Of a DNA stretch of 40,160 bases, positions 1-7,981 are shown piece after piece. The stretch comes from a virus. Taxonomy: Duplodnaviria; Caudoviricetes. Both the position numbers and the translations under genes were made by a program. The stretch spans positions 1 to 40,160 of the IMG/VR virus record IMGVR_UViG_3300037311_000443; one strand, given 5' to 3'. The first letter of the stretch is position 1. Every line of letters begins with the position of its first letter. Under the pieces are notes generated by a model that saw nothing but the letters and a program-made list of their open reading frames with translations, was not told where the DNA came from and ran no database searches.

Positions 1-1413
1 TCAAATCCCGCCACCCCGACCATCGACATACAACAGTCGGAAGAACCGTGAGGGCCGCGGGCCCAGGCCTTCGGGCCGGGGCTCTCGGGCAACTCCCGCG
101 GCAACCCCAGAAGACCCAGATCCCAGAAGACCTTCGGGCAACAGACGTTTCGGGCAACAGGTCCACGGGCCAAGGCGCCGGCCCCCGTAGCTCAGGTGGA
201 TAGAGCAGCGGCCTTCTAAGCCGACGGTCGGGGGTTCGAATCCTCCCGGGGGCGCCGAGAGATTCGCGAAAACCTTTGGAGCAGTTTGGAGCAGCTCCGG
301 CGCGGTCGACATCGTCCGCGCGACCTCGTCAAGGTGCCCGTCGCCGAGGTGCGCGTACCGCTGCGTCACGGTGATCGACGAGTGCCCGAGCCATGCCCGG
401 ACCTCGTCGAGGCGCAGGGAGCGGCCCCACGTCCCGAGGACGAGGTGCGACGCGCACGTGTGCCGGAGGTCGTGGAATCGGACGGGTCGGTCCGTGACCT
501 TCTCCCGCCACGTGTCGCCCCACCGCGCGTCGTAGCCGTCGGAGTAGGCGTCGCCGTCGAGCCGGCAGATCACGAGCGGGCTCGTCCGCTGCGCGTCCGT
601 GCGCAGCTCGAGGAGCCGCTCGAGCGCCGCGCGCGCGGGAGCGAGTAGGGGGACGGTGCGGGGCTTGCCCGACTTCGACCTGCGCACCCGGAGCCGTGCA
701 CGCTCGAGGTCGACCTCGGTCCACCGAAGCTCGAGCAACTCTCCGAGACGGAGGCCGGTGTAGACCGCGAGCTCGAAGAGCTCGCGCCGGCGAGGCGCGA
801 CGACCGCGAGCCGTTCGATCTCGCTCGCGGACAGGAACGTCCACGGACCCTCGTCGTCGTCCTCGTCGCGCGCCTTCGCGGCCTGCCGCGGGAGCGACAC
901 GAGCGCGGCCGCGTTCGCGGTCGTGACGCCGCGCAGGACCGCGTCGTCGAGGGCGCCCGAGACCACGCGGAGGGCGTGGCGGGCGGTCTGAGCGGAGATC
1001 GTCTCACCCGTCTCGACGAGCTCGACGCCGCCGCGCCGACGCACGGTGCGCGTCTTCCGAGCGCGCCTCACCTCGTCGAGCCACGCGACGACGTGCGGGG
1101 CGCCGATCGCGTCGACGGGCATCCGGGCGAGGTCGCTGCCGGCGACGTAGCGCGACCACACGCTGCGCTCCTGCCGGATCCCGCGCACACCGTCGAGGTC
1201 GCGGCGGTCGAGCCACATCGCGCCCCACGTCTCGAGCGTCACGCCGCGGGGGTCCGCGATCGTGCCGGCGTCGACGAGCCGCGAGTACGTCTCCGCGAGA
1301 CGCTCTGCCTCGCGCGGCGTCTCGATCGAGCCCTCGACGGTGATGATCTGACCACGCACGCGAGCTCGCACGCGCCATCGCTTGCCGGCCGGTTCGACCC
1401 ACGCGCTGCTCAT
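1..1413 (-). CDS. int: Tyrosine recombinase / phage integrase; C-terminal ~85 aa read antisense through the tRNA and upstream DNA
   Basis: Catalytic motifs TGLRLGE (R), KSGKPR (K), FHDLRH (HxxR), LGHS, TQRYAH (Y). N-terminal arm-binding-like WRVRARVRG. The tail APPGGFEPPTVGLEGRCSIHLSYGG is the antisense translation of the tRNA. Confidence 0.95.
   Translation of the reverse strand: MSSAWVEPAGKRWRVRARVRGQIITVEGSIETPREAERLAETYSRLVDAGTIADPRGVTLETWGAMWLDRRDLDGVRGIRQERSVWSRYVAGSDLARMPVDAIGAPHVVAWLDEVRRARKTRTVRRRGGVELVETGETISAQTARHALRVVSGALDDAVLRGVTTANAAALVSLPRQAAKARDEDDDEGPWTFLSASEIERLAVVAPRRRELFELAVYTGLRLGELLELRWTEVDLERARLRVRRSKSGKPRTVPLLAPARAALERLLELRTDAQRTSPLVICRLDGDAYSDGYDARWGDTWREKVTDRPVRFHDLRHTCASHLVLGTWGRSLRLDEVRAWLGHSSITVTQRYAHLGDGHLDEVARTMSTAPELLQTAPKVFANLSAPPGGFEPPTVGLEGRCSIHLSYGGRRLGPWTCCPKRLLPEGLLGSGSSGVAAGVAREPRPEGLGPRPSRFFRLLYVDGRGGGI
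181..254 (+). tRNA. tRNA-Arg, anticodon TCT (UCU); probable prophage integration target (attL)
   Basis: Acceptor stem GCCCCCG(181-187)/CGGGGGC(247-253), D arm AGCTCAGGTGGATAGAGC, anticodon loop CTTCTAA (213-219), T loop GGTTCGAATCC, discriminator G254. CCA is not encoded (CCG follows). Confidence 0.95.
275..294. repeat. Tandem 10-bp direct repeat TTTGGAGCAG x2, candidate integrase arm-type binding sites
   Basis: Exact copies at 275-284 and 285-294, 20 bp from the tRNA 3' end on the phage side. Confidence 0.6.
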
Positions 1414-1619
1414 CGCTTCTTCCTCCGCGGCTTCTCCACGACGATCAGTCCCTTCGCGCGCGCGATGCGCGTCACTCGCTCGATCTCCAGCGCCGTCGGA
1501 GGCGGGAGCGCCGGGGCCTCCGGCTCTTCTACCACCTCGCGCACGACCTTCGACGCGAGCTCCGGCGCGAGGTAGCGACGGAGCACGCGTGCGAGCCGGG
1601 CCTCGAGGGGCTCACCCAC
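1410..1619 (-). CDS. Small basic protein immediately upstream of int (excisionase position); member of a local paralogue family
   Basis: 69 aa, overlaps the int start, basic C-terminus KPRRKKR. Function inferred from position only. Confidence 0.6.
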   Translation of the reverse strand: MGEPLEARLARVLRRYLAPELASKVVREVVEEPEAPALPPPTALEIERVTRIARAKGLIVVEKPRRKKR

Positions 1620-2004
1620 GCTCGGCCTCGATCACGAGATCGATGACGCGAACGAGGACCTCGCGCGGTGGCGCGTCGATCCCAAGGCCAACTGCGCCAG
1701 CGATGATCGCGAGACGAACATCCCGCTCGGTGGGTGCACGTTCGGTTGCCTGCTCCCTCCACAGTTCGATCGGGTCGAACTCGACGCGGTCGAGCGCATC
1801 GTCCCGAAGCTTCAGCCGCGTGAACACGTCGCGCACGGTCTGTTCGCGCACGCGTCCACCTCCCTCGCCACGTAGAAGTTTCGCCACGTAGGAGGGGGAC
1901 AGTCCAAGCTCACGAGCGACCGCGCTTGCACTCCCTCGCTCGCCCACACGGTGCTTGAGCAGGGCAACGAAGCGTGACGACGTGCTCGGCGATGCGTAGG
2001 ACAT
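1612..2004 (-). CDS. XRE-family HTH protein
   Basis: SASAVARELGLSPSYVAKLLRG helix-turn-helix. Start placed at the TGATG overlap at 2004. Confidence 0.8.
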   Translation of the reverse strand: MSYASPSTSSRFVALLKHRVGERGSASAVARELGLSPSYVAKLLRGEGGGRVREQTVRDVFTRLKLRDDALDRVEFDPIELWREQATERAPTERDVRLAIIAGAVGLGIDAPPREVLVRVIDLVIEAERG

Positions 2005-2423
2005 CAGGGCGACCCACTCCCCTCCGCCCATGCGTTCACCCATGCGCGGAAGGCCCGCAGCTCCCGCTCGTCCATCCGACGAACGAGGTCGTACACGCTC
2101 GGCGCCGCCGGGTCAGCCTGCGGAGCGGCCGCGATCGCGCTTGGGATCTTCGCGTGCTCCCTCCACAGCTCGACCGGAACGTCGGACGAAAAGAACTCGC
2201 GGGGCAGCCCGAGGCGTCGAGCCGCCTCGGCGACGGTGCGCTCGGCGATCCGAGACGTCCGCCAGCCACGGCCGATTTTACTGACGTAGGACTGACTCAC
2301 ACCGAGGGCGCTGGCCACGAGCCCCTGCGGCTGAAGTTCACCGAGCAGCGTCTCGACGAGCAGGAAGTACCGCTCGGACTCACGCGCGGTCACGGAGCTC
2401 GCTCGTACGGTCCCGGAGCTCAT
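2004..2423 (-). CDS. XRE-family HTH protein (paralogue of 1612-2004)
   Basis: QGLVASALGVSQSYVSKIGRG HTH. Shares P[IV]ELWRE with its neighbour. Confidence 0.8.
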   Translation of the reverse strand: MSSGTVRASSVTARESERYFLLVETLLGELQPQGLVASALGVSQSYVSKIGRGWRTSRIAERTVAEAARRLGLPREFFSSDVPVELWREHAKIPSAIAAAPQADPAAPSVYDLVRRMDERELRAFRAWVNAWAEGSGSP

Positions 2424-3295
2424 CAGAGCGCCCCCTTCCGTCGTCGCGAGCCGCCGTGCACGATCTTGACGCGGCCGAGGTGATTGAGCCTGTCCGCGAC
2501 GCGGTCGCCGTAGCGCGCGCGAATCTCGGGCGGGCGCAGGTTCGCGGTGATGATCGTCTTGCGGCGGGCGCGGTGCTCAAGCAGCTCACCGAGAGCGACG
2601 TCGAAGCGCGGCGAGGGCGCTTCGACGCCGAGGTCGTCGAGGACGAGCACGTCGACGTCACGCGCCGCCGGCGACGCGCCCGCCTGCAGCTCGTCGGCCC
2701 ACGGAGTCCAGAGCCGCGGCAGCTCGCTCGCGCGCCAGAGCGCGAGGCGACGACCGATCGGTCGGGGCCTCGACCCCCGCACCGCATCGAGGACGAGCGC
2801 GCTCGAGTTCGTCGCGAAGAGCGCCCGCTCCCCGACCGCTCGGGCCCACGCGTCGCCGTCGCGCGCGTCGAGCTCCTCGAGCCAACGCACGGCCGCGCGG
2901 CGGACGGGCGCGGCCGCGCCGGTCGTCGCGGCGAGCGTCTTGCCCGTGCCGACGGGACCGAGCAGGAGCAGGAAGGCTCGCCGGTCGCCGCCCTCGAGGA
3001 AGCTCTCGACGGCTTCGACGGCGGGCGTGCGCTCGAGCGTCCCGCGCGCGAACGCGGTGACGTCCTCGTCGAGCATCGCGAGGGGCGCGAGGATCGCCGA
3101 GAGACGGGCGACGGCGACGCGTTCGCGGAGCGTCCGCCAGGCCTCCGGGGCGCCGGCGACGACGTCGCGCTGCCGTTCGAGCTCGCGCGCGAGGCCTTCG
3201 CGGATCTCGGCGACGCTCTGCCCCGCCGCGGCCGCGAGTACGTGCTCGAGCGTCTCGCCGACGAACACGAGCGGGCGTTCGAGCGCCTCACCCAC
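2423..3295 (-). CDS. DnaC/IstB-like AAA+ ATPase (helicase-loader type)
   Basis: Walker A GPVGTGKT, Walker B VLVLDDLG, TIITANL, and YGDRVADRL motif typical of DnaC/IstB. Confidence 0.85.
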   Translation of the reverse strand: MGEALERPLVFVGETLEHVLAAAAGQSVAEIREGLARELERQRDVVAGAPEAWRTLRERVAVARLSAILAPLAMLDEDVTAFARGTLERTPAVEAVESFLEGGDRRAFLLLLGPVGTGKTLAATTGAAAPVRRAAVRWLEELDARDGDAWARAVGERALFATNSSALVLDAVRGSRPRPIGRRLALWRASELPRLWTPWADELQAGASPAARDVDVLVLDDLGVEAPSPRFDVALGELLEHRARRKTIITANLRPPEIRARYGDRVADRLNHLGRVKIVHGGSRRRKGAL

Positions 3296-4523
3296 GCGCG
3301 CCCTCGACGACGATCACGGGGCCGCGCGGACTGTCGACGGTGACGACCTGATAGCCGACGGCGCGCAGCACGGCGGCCGCGCCGACGCCCGGCGGCGGAG
3401 TGATCGCCTCGACGAAGGCCTCGACGAACGTCTTGGGCTCCTTGGCGGCGTCTCGCTCCTTCGCCTGGTCGCGGCGACACGCGATGATGAACTCCGCGAG
3501 CTCACTCGCTCGCTCCGAGAGGCCTTCGGCATCGAGCGAGATCCACTCGGCCGCGAGCTCGGCCTCGTCGAGGTCCTCACGACAGGCGCCCTCGATCTCG
3601 ATGAGCGCGCTCATGGCGTGCTGCAGTCGATCCGATTGCTTCACGTCGAGGCGGGCCTCTCGTTCCGCTTGTCGCTCGAGGAACTCGCACTTCGCGGTCA
3701 CCGCCTCGGAGAGCGGGCGGTCCTTCGTCCACGCCTCGCCGACGGCTTCCTTCGTGGCGGCGACGACGTTCCGAAGCCCTCGGAGCGCCTTCGTCCGGTG
3801 GTCGAGCAGCCACCGCCAGGGCACCCACTTCTCGCTGTGCTCGCCGTCCTCCTCGAGGACCTCGTCCGCGCTCGCCTTCGCGAGCTCGGTGTGGTCGAGC
3901 TCGCAGTCGGGCACCCAGCCGGCCGCGGCGCGTTCGCGCCGCCGCGTCGCCCATGCCGTTGCCGCGTCGAGTGATCGTTCGCGCACGGCTTCGTCCGACT
4001 CGGCCTCGGGCTCGGGCTCGGCCGGCGCGTGTGGCGTCGGCGGCTCGGTCTTCGCGCGCGTCGCCTCGGCCGCGCGCTCGAGCGCCGCGTCGAGCTCGTC
4101 CCGGAGCTTCTTGCGCTCGGCCGCGGCCTCCGGGGTGCGGTGGGCGTCGCAGTAGAGCGAGCGGTGCCACGTCGGGACGAACGGCACGCCGCAGTCGGGG
4201 TGCGCACACGGGCGGGGTGGACGGGTCTCGGTGGTGGTGGCGGTGGTGGCGGTCATCGGTCGGGCCTTCGGTGGCTTCGGTGGTGGGATCGGTGGTGAGC
4301 TGACGCGCGCGCCGACGTCGACGAGCGAGTACTCGACGCCGGGCGCGTCCTCGCCGCGCGCGTGGGCCGCGCCGACGGGGCACTCGTGGCAGTGGATGCG
4401 GTCCGCTCGCGGACCGTCGTGCGCGGTGCGCTTGCCGACCTGCCGAGGGAAGCGCTGCGCGCACGCCTCGGGCCGCAGGCGCGCCCCGTAGGGCTCGCAG
4501 GTGAAGACGCGGAGCGACGTCAC
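3288..4523 (-). CDS. Hypothetical protein with two Cys/His clusters and a coiled-coil C-terminus
   Basis: GTG start overlapping the upstream stop (GTGA 4520-4523). CEPY..C..CHECPVG and CAHPDC..YCDAH putative Zn sites. Confidence 0.65.
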   Translation of the reverse strand: MTSLRVFTCEPYGARLRPEACAQRFPRQVGKRTAHDGPRADRIHCHECPVGAAHARGEDAPGVEYSLVDVGARVSSPPIPPPKPPKARPMTATTATTTETRPPRPCAHPDCGVPFVPTWHRSLYCDAHRTPEAAAERKKLRDELDAALERAAEATRAKTEPPTPHAPAEPEPEAESDEAVRERSLDAATAWATRRRERAAAGWVPDCELDHTELAKASADEVLEEDGEHSEKWVPWRWLLDHRTKALRGLRNVVAATKEAVGEAWTKDRPLSEAVTAKCEFLERQAEREARLDVKQSDRLQHAMSALIEIEGACREDLDEAELAAEWISLDAEGLSERASELAEFIIACRRDQAKERDAAKEPKTFVEAFVEAITPPPGVGAAAVLRAVGYQVVTVDSPRGPVIVVEGARG

Positions 4524-4660
4524 GAGCTCGCCCTCCGGTGCTGCGCGGCGTGCGGGCACGTCGCGAAGTGACTCGTCCAGAGCTGCGGCGACCTCGAGGC
4601 CTCGGCGACGACCCAGGTCGACGTTGCCGACGAGCGGCAGCGAGAGACGCGCACCGTCAT
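4520..4660 (-). CDS. Small phage protein with SHFATCP motif
   Basis: 46 aa MTVRVSRC...WTSHFATCPHAAQHRR, with 4-nt overlaps at both ends. Confidence 0.6.
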   Translation of the reverse strand: MTVRVSRCRSSATSTWVVAEASRSPQLWTSHFATCPHAAQHRRASS

Positions 4661-4884
4661 CCGCCGGCCTCGCTCGCGCGCTCGTCGTGGTCGGCCTGTC
4701 GACGCAGCCCGGCGGCCGCGCGCTCGAGCACGCTGGCGACACTGCGCTTCGTGGTGGGCGTCGCGAAGGCCGGTGCTCCGAAGATGTCGCGCGCGCGGAT
4801 CGTGACGCGCGCGTCCCCCTGCCGGTCGCGATGGAAGAAGAGCACGACCTCGAGGCCGAGGTCCTCGCGGGGCGCGCGCGTCAT
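4657..4884 (-). CDS. Hypothetical protein
   Basis: 75 aa, ATGA overlaps both sides, protein-like composition. Confidence 0.6.
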   Translation of the reverse strand: MTRAPREDLGLEVVLFFHRDRQGDARVTIRARDIFGAPAFATPTTKRSVASVLERAAAGLRRQADHDERASEAGG

Positions 4885-5120
4885 CGCGTCCTCGCGATCG
4901 CGAAGCCGCGGGCATCGAGGCGGCGCGCGAGCTGTTTGAACCGCGCGCGCGCAGTGTCGCCCCGCGCGTAGTCACCTCGCGCGTGCATCCGCTCCCGGAG
5001 CTTCTCGGCTGTCGTCGCGTGGCGCTCTTCGACGTGCTGCATGATCTCGTCGAAGAGCGCGTCGACCACGACCTCCCAGGCCTCCTGCTCGTCGAGCGCA
5101 TCGAGCGAGTCACCCGGCAT
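4881..5120 (-). CDS. Hypothetical protein
   Basis: MPGDSLDALDEQEAWEVVVDALFDEI..., coupled to its neighbours. Confidence 0.6.
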   Translation of the reverse strand: MPGDSLDALDEQEAWEVVVDALFDEIMQHVEERHATTAEKLRERMHARGDYARGDTARARFKQLARRLDARGFAIARTR

Positions 5121-5817
5121 CGCGTGCCTCCCGCGCTTGCTCCTCGCGCAGCGCGACCTCGAGCGCGGCGACGCGGCCGAGCTCCCACACGCCGATCGCG
5201 GAGATCGGGTGCTTCGACGGCCGCGTCGCCACGACGGGCGGATCGATCTCGACGACGTCCTCGAGGAACCATCCGAACGCGCGCACGCGCCCGGCGACGT
5301 ACGCGTCACGCCGCGCGAGGTCCTCGGTCTCAAACGGCGCGTCGGCCGCGGAGAGGCCCCACCACTTCGAGCTCAGAGCTTCGTCGCAGGCGTCCCACCA
5401 TCTCTTCGCGATGGGCGACGAGTTCATGACCTCGCCGTGCGAGAAGCTCGAGATCCCGGGGGCGGTGTTCCCCACGATGGCTCTCCCGGCGGGGCCGGAG
5501 TCGAGGCGCTTCCACGGCGCGCCGCGCCGCTCGGCCTCCGCGGTGAAGTAGCCCGCGATCGTGGCTGTCGCGACGACGGCGTACCGCGGCAGACCGAGCG
5601 GGATGTCGAGCGTGACGTACGTCGCGATCGGGTTGCGATGCTCGGGCGCGCGGTAGGGGACGATCTCGCCGCTCGCGTAGAGCGCGATCCGTCGGCCGAC
5701 GTGGCACCGCGTCGAGTAGTGCTGCGGGTGGTCTGGGCGCTGCGCGAGGCGGAGCACGCGCTGCCCTCGCCGAAGTACGCACTCCGGGACGGGCTGAGGG
5801 AGCGTGATCGCCATCAT
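5110..5817 (-). CDS. ASCH/PUA-like domain protein (degenerate)
   Basis: AITLPQP start, RRIALYAS, AVVATATIAG and GWFLEDVVEIDPP...GVWE match the ASCH layout. The canonical GxKxxExR motif is missing. Confidence 0.6.
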   Translation of the reverse strand: MMAITLPQPVPECVLRRGQRVLRLAQRPDHPQHYSTRCHVGRRIALYASGEIVPYRAPEHRNPIATYVTLDIPLGLPRYAVVATATIAGYFTAEAERRGAPWKRLDSGPAGRAIVGNTAPGISSFSHGEVMNSSPIAKRWWDACDEALSSKWWGLSAADAPFETEDLARRDAYVAGRVRAFGWFLEDVVEIDPPVVATRPSKHPISAIGVWELGRVAALEVALREEQAREARDAG

Positions 5818-6608
5818 GACGGGTCGACCTCCAGCACGACGTGTCGAGGCTTGTCGGCAGCGCGGTAGTTCATCACCCACGCGCATCCGCGCCTCGTCTC
5901 GAAGCGCACCGCGCGCGGTAGAAAGCCGTCTCCGACGATCGAGTCGAACGACACGCCGACGCGCTCGATCGGATCCCCGGTCACGATGCCGAAGAGCGCT
6001 TTGCGAACGAGGGCCGCGTTGACGGTGATGCTCGGCGCACCGGGTGCGTCCGACAACGCGAGCCGGACGACGGGCGGGTCGCGATCGTCTTCGACTGCGT
6101 CGAAGAACGTCGTCCACGGAGTTCGGCCTGCGTGGGGGCGCGCTGGCTTGTCGATGCCTTCGAGGATGTCGAAGATGCGCTCGGGGTCGTGGTGGTAGCC
6201 GTACCGCTCGAGACGCCCGAACGTCGGTACGCCTCGCGGACAGACCGCGTACGACCCGTACAACGCGACGAAGCTCCCGCGCCACCGGTCACCGCCCGCG
6301 ATCGCTCCGTTGGCCGGCTTCTCGACGAACGCCTCGAGAGCATCGAGCCACCCATCCGGGTCGACGAGCTCGGGCCCACGCACCGTCTCGATCCACACTG
6401 CCTGGCGAAGCTTCTCCGCGCGGAGCGTCTGCTCGATGGCTTTCAGCGGCTCCAACGACTCGCCGAGGTGCCTCTCCGCGGCCTTCACGTCGTAGATGTC
6501 GGCGATGGCCTCCTCGGCCCAATCGGGCAATCGCTCAAGCGCACGCTTCAGGCCCTCGGCCTGCTTCAGGATCGAGACCGCCTGCTCGCTGGTGAGGGTC
6601 AGGGTCAC
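5814..6608 (-). CDS. Hypothetical protein; C-terminus resembles a beta-clamp (DnaN) domain III
   Basis: ITVNAALVRKAL...AVRFE...AWVMNYR resembles the clamp IxFNxxYLxDAL...VLMPxR pattern (by eye). Confidence 0.55.
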   Translation of the reverse strand: MTLTLTSEQAVSILKQAEGLKRALERLPDWAEEAIADIYDVKAAERHLGESLEPLKAIEQTLRAEKLRQAVWIETVRGPELVDPDGWLDALEAFVEKPANGAIAGGDRWRGSFVALYGSYAVCPRGVPTFGRLERYGYHHDPERIFDILEGIDKPARPHAGRTPWTTFFDAVEDDRDPPVVRLALSDAPGAPSITVNAALVRKALFGIVTGDPIERVGVSFDSIVGDGFLPRAVRFETRRGCAWVMNYRAADKPRHVVLEVDPS

Positions 6609-6970
6609 GCTGCCCGTCCCTTCCCGAGCTCGGCGAGCTCGGCGAGGACCTCGGAGACGAGCTCGCTCGGAACGCCCGCGTCACCGAGCAGCTCCTCGTC
6701 GTCGCGCTGCTCGACGGAGCCGTCGACGGCCTCGCGGACGTAGATCGCGGCGACGACGCCGGCGACGACGTCGGGCACCTCGAGCGGGAGCTCGTGGCGC
6801 GCGAGGGCGAACACGTTGCGGACTTCGCCCGCTCCGGTGACGAGCGCTTCGACGATGTCGCGCGCGCAGACTGCGGCGTCGGGGCCGGAGAGAAGCGGCG
6901 TCAGGGCGCGCGCGATCTTGTCCTGCAAGGGCGCGCGAGTCTTCGGTTTGATCGGTCTCCAGTGGGGCAC
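6605..6970 (-). CDS. Hypothetical protein, paralogue family member
   Basis: GTG start at 6970 with GAGGA RBS. MPHWRPIKPK...DKIARALTPLLSGPDAAVCARDIVEALV. Confidence 0.65.
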   Translation of the reverse strand: MPHWRPIKPKTRAPLQDKIARALTPLLSGPDAAVCARDIVEALVTGAGEVRNVFALARHELPLEVPDVVAGVVAAIYVREAVDGSVEQRDDEELLGDAGVPSELVSEVLAELAELGKGRAA

Positions 6971-6999
6971 GGTTCCTCGTTTGTTCGGGTGGCGGTGGG

Positions 7000-7092
7000 T
7001 GAGGGCTCGAAGCGACGGCGCGCAGGGAGGGATGGGGACCGCGCGCGCGGGGGGAGTAACGGGCGCGGGCGCGCCGCCGCTTCGAGAGCTCA
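7000..7092 (-). ncRNA. Putative structured cis-regulatory / antisense RNA (c4/CI-like architecture)
   Basis: 18-bp stem 7006-7023/7069-7086 whose single irregularity is a G-U pair only on the minus strand. Inner hairpin 7039-7068, C-rich loop and C/U-rich bulge. Confidence 0.55.
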
Positions 7093-7332
7093 CTCGGGGT
7101 CGTCGGAGTCGGGGTCGAAGCGCCGCCGGCCGAGCCATGCGGTGCACGCGGGGCAGAGCCGCACGTTCGCGCCGAGCTGCTCGCCGAGCTGACGCGCGGC
7201 CGCGAAAGCCTCGTGTCGGTCCTCGCGCTCGTAGAGGAACGAGAGGAACACGCGCCCCGTCGCGTCGACGGGCGCGGGCGCGGCAAGCACGAGCGCGCCG
7301 TCGCGGTACTCGGCGCGGAGGTGGACGCTCAC
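7090..7332 (-). CDS. Hypothetical protein
   Basis: 80 aa with CPAC motif, coupled by GTGA overlap. Confidence 0.55.
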   Translation of the reverse strand: MSVHLRAEYRDGALVLAAPAPVDATGRVFLSFLYEREDRHEAFAAARQLGEQLGANVRLCPACTAWLGRRRFDPDSDDPE

Positions 7333-7565
7333 GAAGAGCCTCCTTCTTCTGGCTTCGAGGCGGCGACCTCGGTCACCGGAGCGGGGGTGGCAGGTGGCGG
7401 CGGGCCCCGAAACGGCCGCATCGGCCGCATCGGGCGCATCGTCTTCAGGGCACGATCCATGCGCTCCAGCTCGGCACGGCCTTGCTTGGCAGCGATAACG
7501 AGTCCGACGACGATCCCGGCTACGCCAGCGACAAACGCAGCGACCGAAACGAAGAGCGGGCTCAC
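7329..7565 (-). CDS. Small membrane protein
   Basis: N-terminal TM (FVSVAAFVAGVAGIVVGLVIAA) and MRP x3 repeat (9-bp tandem at 7413-7439). Confidence 0.6.
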   Translation of the reverse strand: MSPLFVSVAAFVAGVAGIVVGLVIAAKQGRAELERMDRALKTMRPMRPMRPFRGPPPPATPAPVTEVAASKPEEGGSS

Positions 7566-7981
7566 GCCGCGACCTCCCCGCGCGCCGCGCGGCGCTCGAG
7601 ATCGAGCACGCGCAACACGTCGTCAGGGACGCCGACGGTGCGCGTGAGGAACGCCCACCGCGCGAGCTGCGACGACCACTTCGGGGTGACCGCGTCGACG
7701 TAGTCGACCGTCGCCTCCGCCGCGGCGATGCGCAGCGCGCGGTCGAGCGTCGTCGTGAGCGCGGCCGCGCGCGTCGGGCTGCGCAGCACGTCGAGCACGT
7801 GCTCGAAGACGCGGACCGTCTCGCCGTCGACGAGAGCCTGCACGACGTTGCGAGCGGCCTCGTCCACGCTGGCGGGGACCATCACGCGCACGAGCGCGTG
7901 CGCGACGAGCTCGACCATGCGCATCGACTCGTCGCGGTTCCGAAGCGGCCGGAACGGCGGGATGTAGGGCGTCGCGCTCAC
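7562..7981 (-). CDS. Hypothetical protein, paralogue of 6605-6970
   Basis: GTG start overlapping the upstream stop. ELVAHALVRVMVPASVDEAARNVVQALVDG. Confidence 0.65.
   Translation of the reverse strand: MSATPYIPPFRPLRNRDESMRMVELVAHALVRVMVPASVDEAARNVVQALVDGETVRVFEHVLDVLRSPTRAAALTTTLDRALRIAAAEATVDYVDAVTPKWSSQLARWAFLTRTVGVPDDVLRVLDLERRAARGEVAA

Noticed and set aside
2423-3295. IstB as part of an IS21 element
   Set aside because: No IstA transposase or terminal inverted repeats. The gene is translationally coupled within the phage operon.
7413-7439. 9-bp tandem repeat (MRP x3) as a phase-variation tract
   Set aside because: In-frame unit, only three copies, one imperfect.
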